Assembly (NCBI RefSeq): GCF_032444005.1
Contig: NC_091283.1
Coordinates: 167,586,001-167,650,000 of the forward strand
Reading direction: 5' to 3'
Length of the DNA: 64,000 nt
Source of the DNA: Ranitomeya imitator
Lineage: Eukaryota
The notes under the pieces are model-generated. The model made no database searches, was not told the DNA's origin, and was given only the letters and a program-made list of their open reading frames with translations. How positions within the stretch are numbered: the first letter of the stretch is position 1; every line of letters begins with the position of its first letter. The position numbers and the translations under genes were made by a program. Of this stretch, positions 61,983 through 64,000 are shown one piece after another.

Positions 61983-64000
61983 AGCTCTGCGGGCTCTAGT
62001 CTCTCATTGCTAATGCTCTGCAGGCTCTAGTCTCCCATTGCCTAGCTCTGCGGGCTCTAGTCTCCCATTGCTAATGCTCTGCAGGCTCTAGTCTCCCATT
62101 GCCTAGCTCTGCGGGCTCTAGTCTCCCATTGCCTAGCTCTGCGGGCTCTAGTCTCTCATTGCTAAAGCTCTGCGGGCTCTAGTCCCCATTGCTAATGCTC
62201 TGCAGGCTCTAGTCTCCCATTGCTAATGCTCTGCAGGCTCTAGTCTCCCATTGCCTAGCTCTGCGGGCTCTAGTCCCCCATTGCCTAGCTCTGCGGGCTC
62301 TAGTCTCTCATTGCTAAAGCTCTGCGGGCTCTAGTCCCCATTGCTAATGCTCTGCGGGCTTTAGTCTCCCATTGCTAATGCTCTGCGCGCTCTAGTCTCT
62401 CATTGCTAATGCTCTGCGGGCTCTAGTCCCCATTGCTAATGCTCTGCGGGCTCTAGTCTCTCATTGCTAATGCTCTGCGGGCTCTAGTCCCCATTGCTAA
62501 TGCTCTGCAGGCTCTAGTCTCCCATTGCTAATGCTCTGCAGACTCTAGTCTCCCATTGCTAATGCTCTGCAGACACTAGTCTCCCATTGCTAATGCTCTG
62601 CAGGCTCTAGTCTCCCATTGCTAATGCTCTGCGGGCTCTAGTCTCCCATTGCCTAGCTCTGCGGGCTCTAGTCTCTCATTGCTAATGCTCTGCAGGCTCT
62701 AGTCTCCCATTGCTAATGCTCTGCGGGCTCTAGTCTCCCATTGCTAATGCTCTGCAGGCTCTAGTCTCCCATTGCTAATGCTCTGCAGACTCTAGTCTCC
62801 CATTGCTAATGCTCTGCAGACACTAGTCTCCCATTGCTAATGCTCTGCAGGCTCTAGTCTCCCATTGCTAATGCTCTGCGGGCTCTAGTCTCCCATTGCC
62901 TAGCTCTGTGGGCTCTAGTCTCTCATTGCTAATGCTCTGCGGGCTCTAGTCCCCATTGCTAATGCTCTGCGGGCTCTAGCCTCCTATTGCTAATGCTCTG
63001 CGGGCTCTAGTCTCCCATTGCTAATGCTCTGCGGGCTCTAGTCTCCCATTGCTTATGATCTGCATGCTCTAGTCTCCCATTGCCTAGCTCTGTGGGCTCT
63101 AGTCTCCCATTGCTAATGCTCTGCGGGCTGTAGTCTCCCATTGCTAATGCTCTGCCGGCTCTAGTCCCCATTGCTAATGTCCTGCGGGCTCTAGTCTCCT
63201 ATTGCTAATGCTCTGCGGGCTCTAGTCACTCATTGCTAATGCTCTGCGGGCTCTAGTCTCTCATGGCTAATGCTCTGCGGGCTCTAGTCTCCCATTGCTA
63301 ATGCTCTGCGGGCTCTAGTCCCCATTGCCTAGCTCTGCGGGCTCTAGTCTCTCATTGCTAATGCTCTGCGGGCTCTAGTCCCCATTGCCTAGCTCTGCGG
63401 GCTCTAGTCTCTCATTGCTAATGCCCTGCGGGCTCTAGTCTCCCATTGCTAATGCTCTGCGGGCTCTAGTCCCCATTGCTAATGCTCTGCGGGCTCTAGT
63501 CTCTCATTGCTAATGCTCTGCGGGCTCTAGTCCCCATTGCTAATGCTCTGCGGGCTCTAGTCCCCATTGCTAATGCTCTGCGGGCTCTAGTCTCTCATTG
63601 CTAATGCTCTGCGGGCTCTAGTCTCCCATTGCTAATGCTCTGCGGGCTCTAGTCTCTCATTGCTAATGCTCTGCGGGCTCTAGTCTCCCATTGCTAATGC
63701 TCTGCGGGCTCTAGTCTCTCATTGCTAATGCTCTGCGGGCTCTAGTCCCCATTGCTAATGCTCTGCGGGCTCTAGTCCCCATTGCTAATGCTCTGCGGGC
63801 TCTAGTCTCCCATTGCTAATGCTCTGCGGGCTCTAGTCCCCATTGCTAATGCTCTGCGGGCTCTAGTCTCTCATTGCTAATGCTCTGCGGGCTCTAGTCT
63901 CCCATTGCTAATGCTCTGCGGGCTCTAGTCCCCATTGCCTAGCTCTGTGGGCTATAGTCTCCCATTGCTAATGCTCTGCGGGCTCTAGTCTCTCATTGCT
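61983..64000. repeat. 30-31-bp minisatellite/satellite, ~66 copies, runs off the window end
   Basis: CTCTGCGGGCTCTAGTCTCCCATTGCTAATG with 30-bp variants. Confidence 0.97.

Overview
Eukaryotic (vertebrate) genomic DNA. The repeat content points to a frog, possibly a dendrobatid; this is inference. Five protein-coding genes can be built with canonical GT-AG splice sites and consistent phases: the 3' exons of a compact TAFA1-like gene (+), TIMM17B (-) head-to-head with PQBP1 (+), and an intronless, diverged LZTFL1 (-) head-to-head with NDUFB11 (+). The rest is mostly nested mobile DNA: three copies of a TTAA-flanked non-autonomous piggyBac-like element, a DIRS1-type tyrosine-recombinase retrotransposon, two Tc1 elements, an L2 LINE with a 2A-like motif, a second LINE RT ORF, Helitron-like tandem copies, a solo LTR, several MITEs and a SINE. 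Minisatellite arrays with 31-95 bp units are frequent, especially in the right half. The most interesting items are the LZTFL1 retrogene-like copy with an RFX X-box on the NDUFB11 bidirectional promoter, and the TAFA1-like gene in an Xp11-syntenic block. All family assignments come from motif recognition and recalled sequences; no database search was run.
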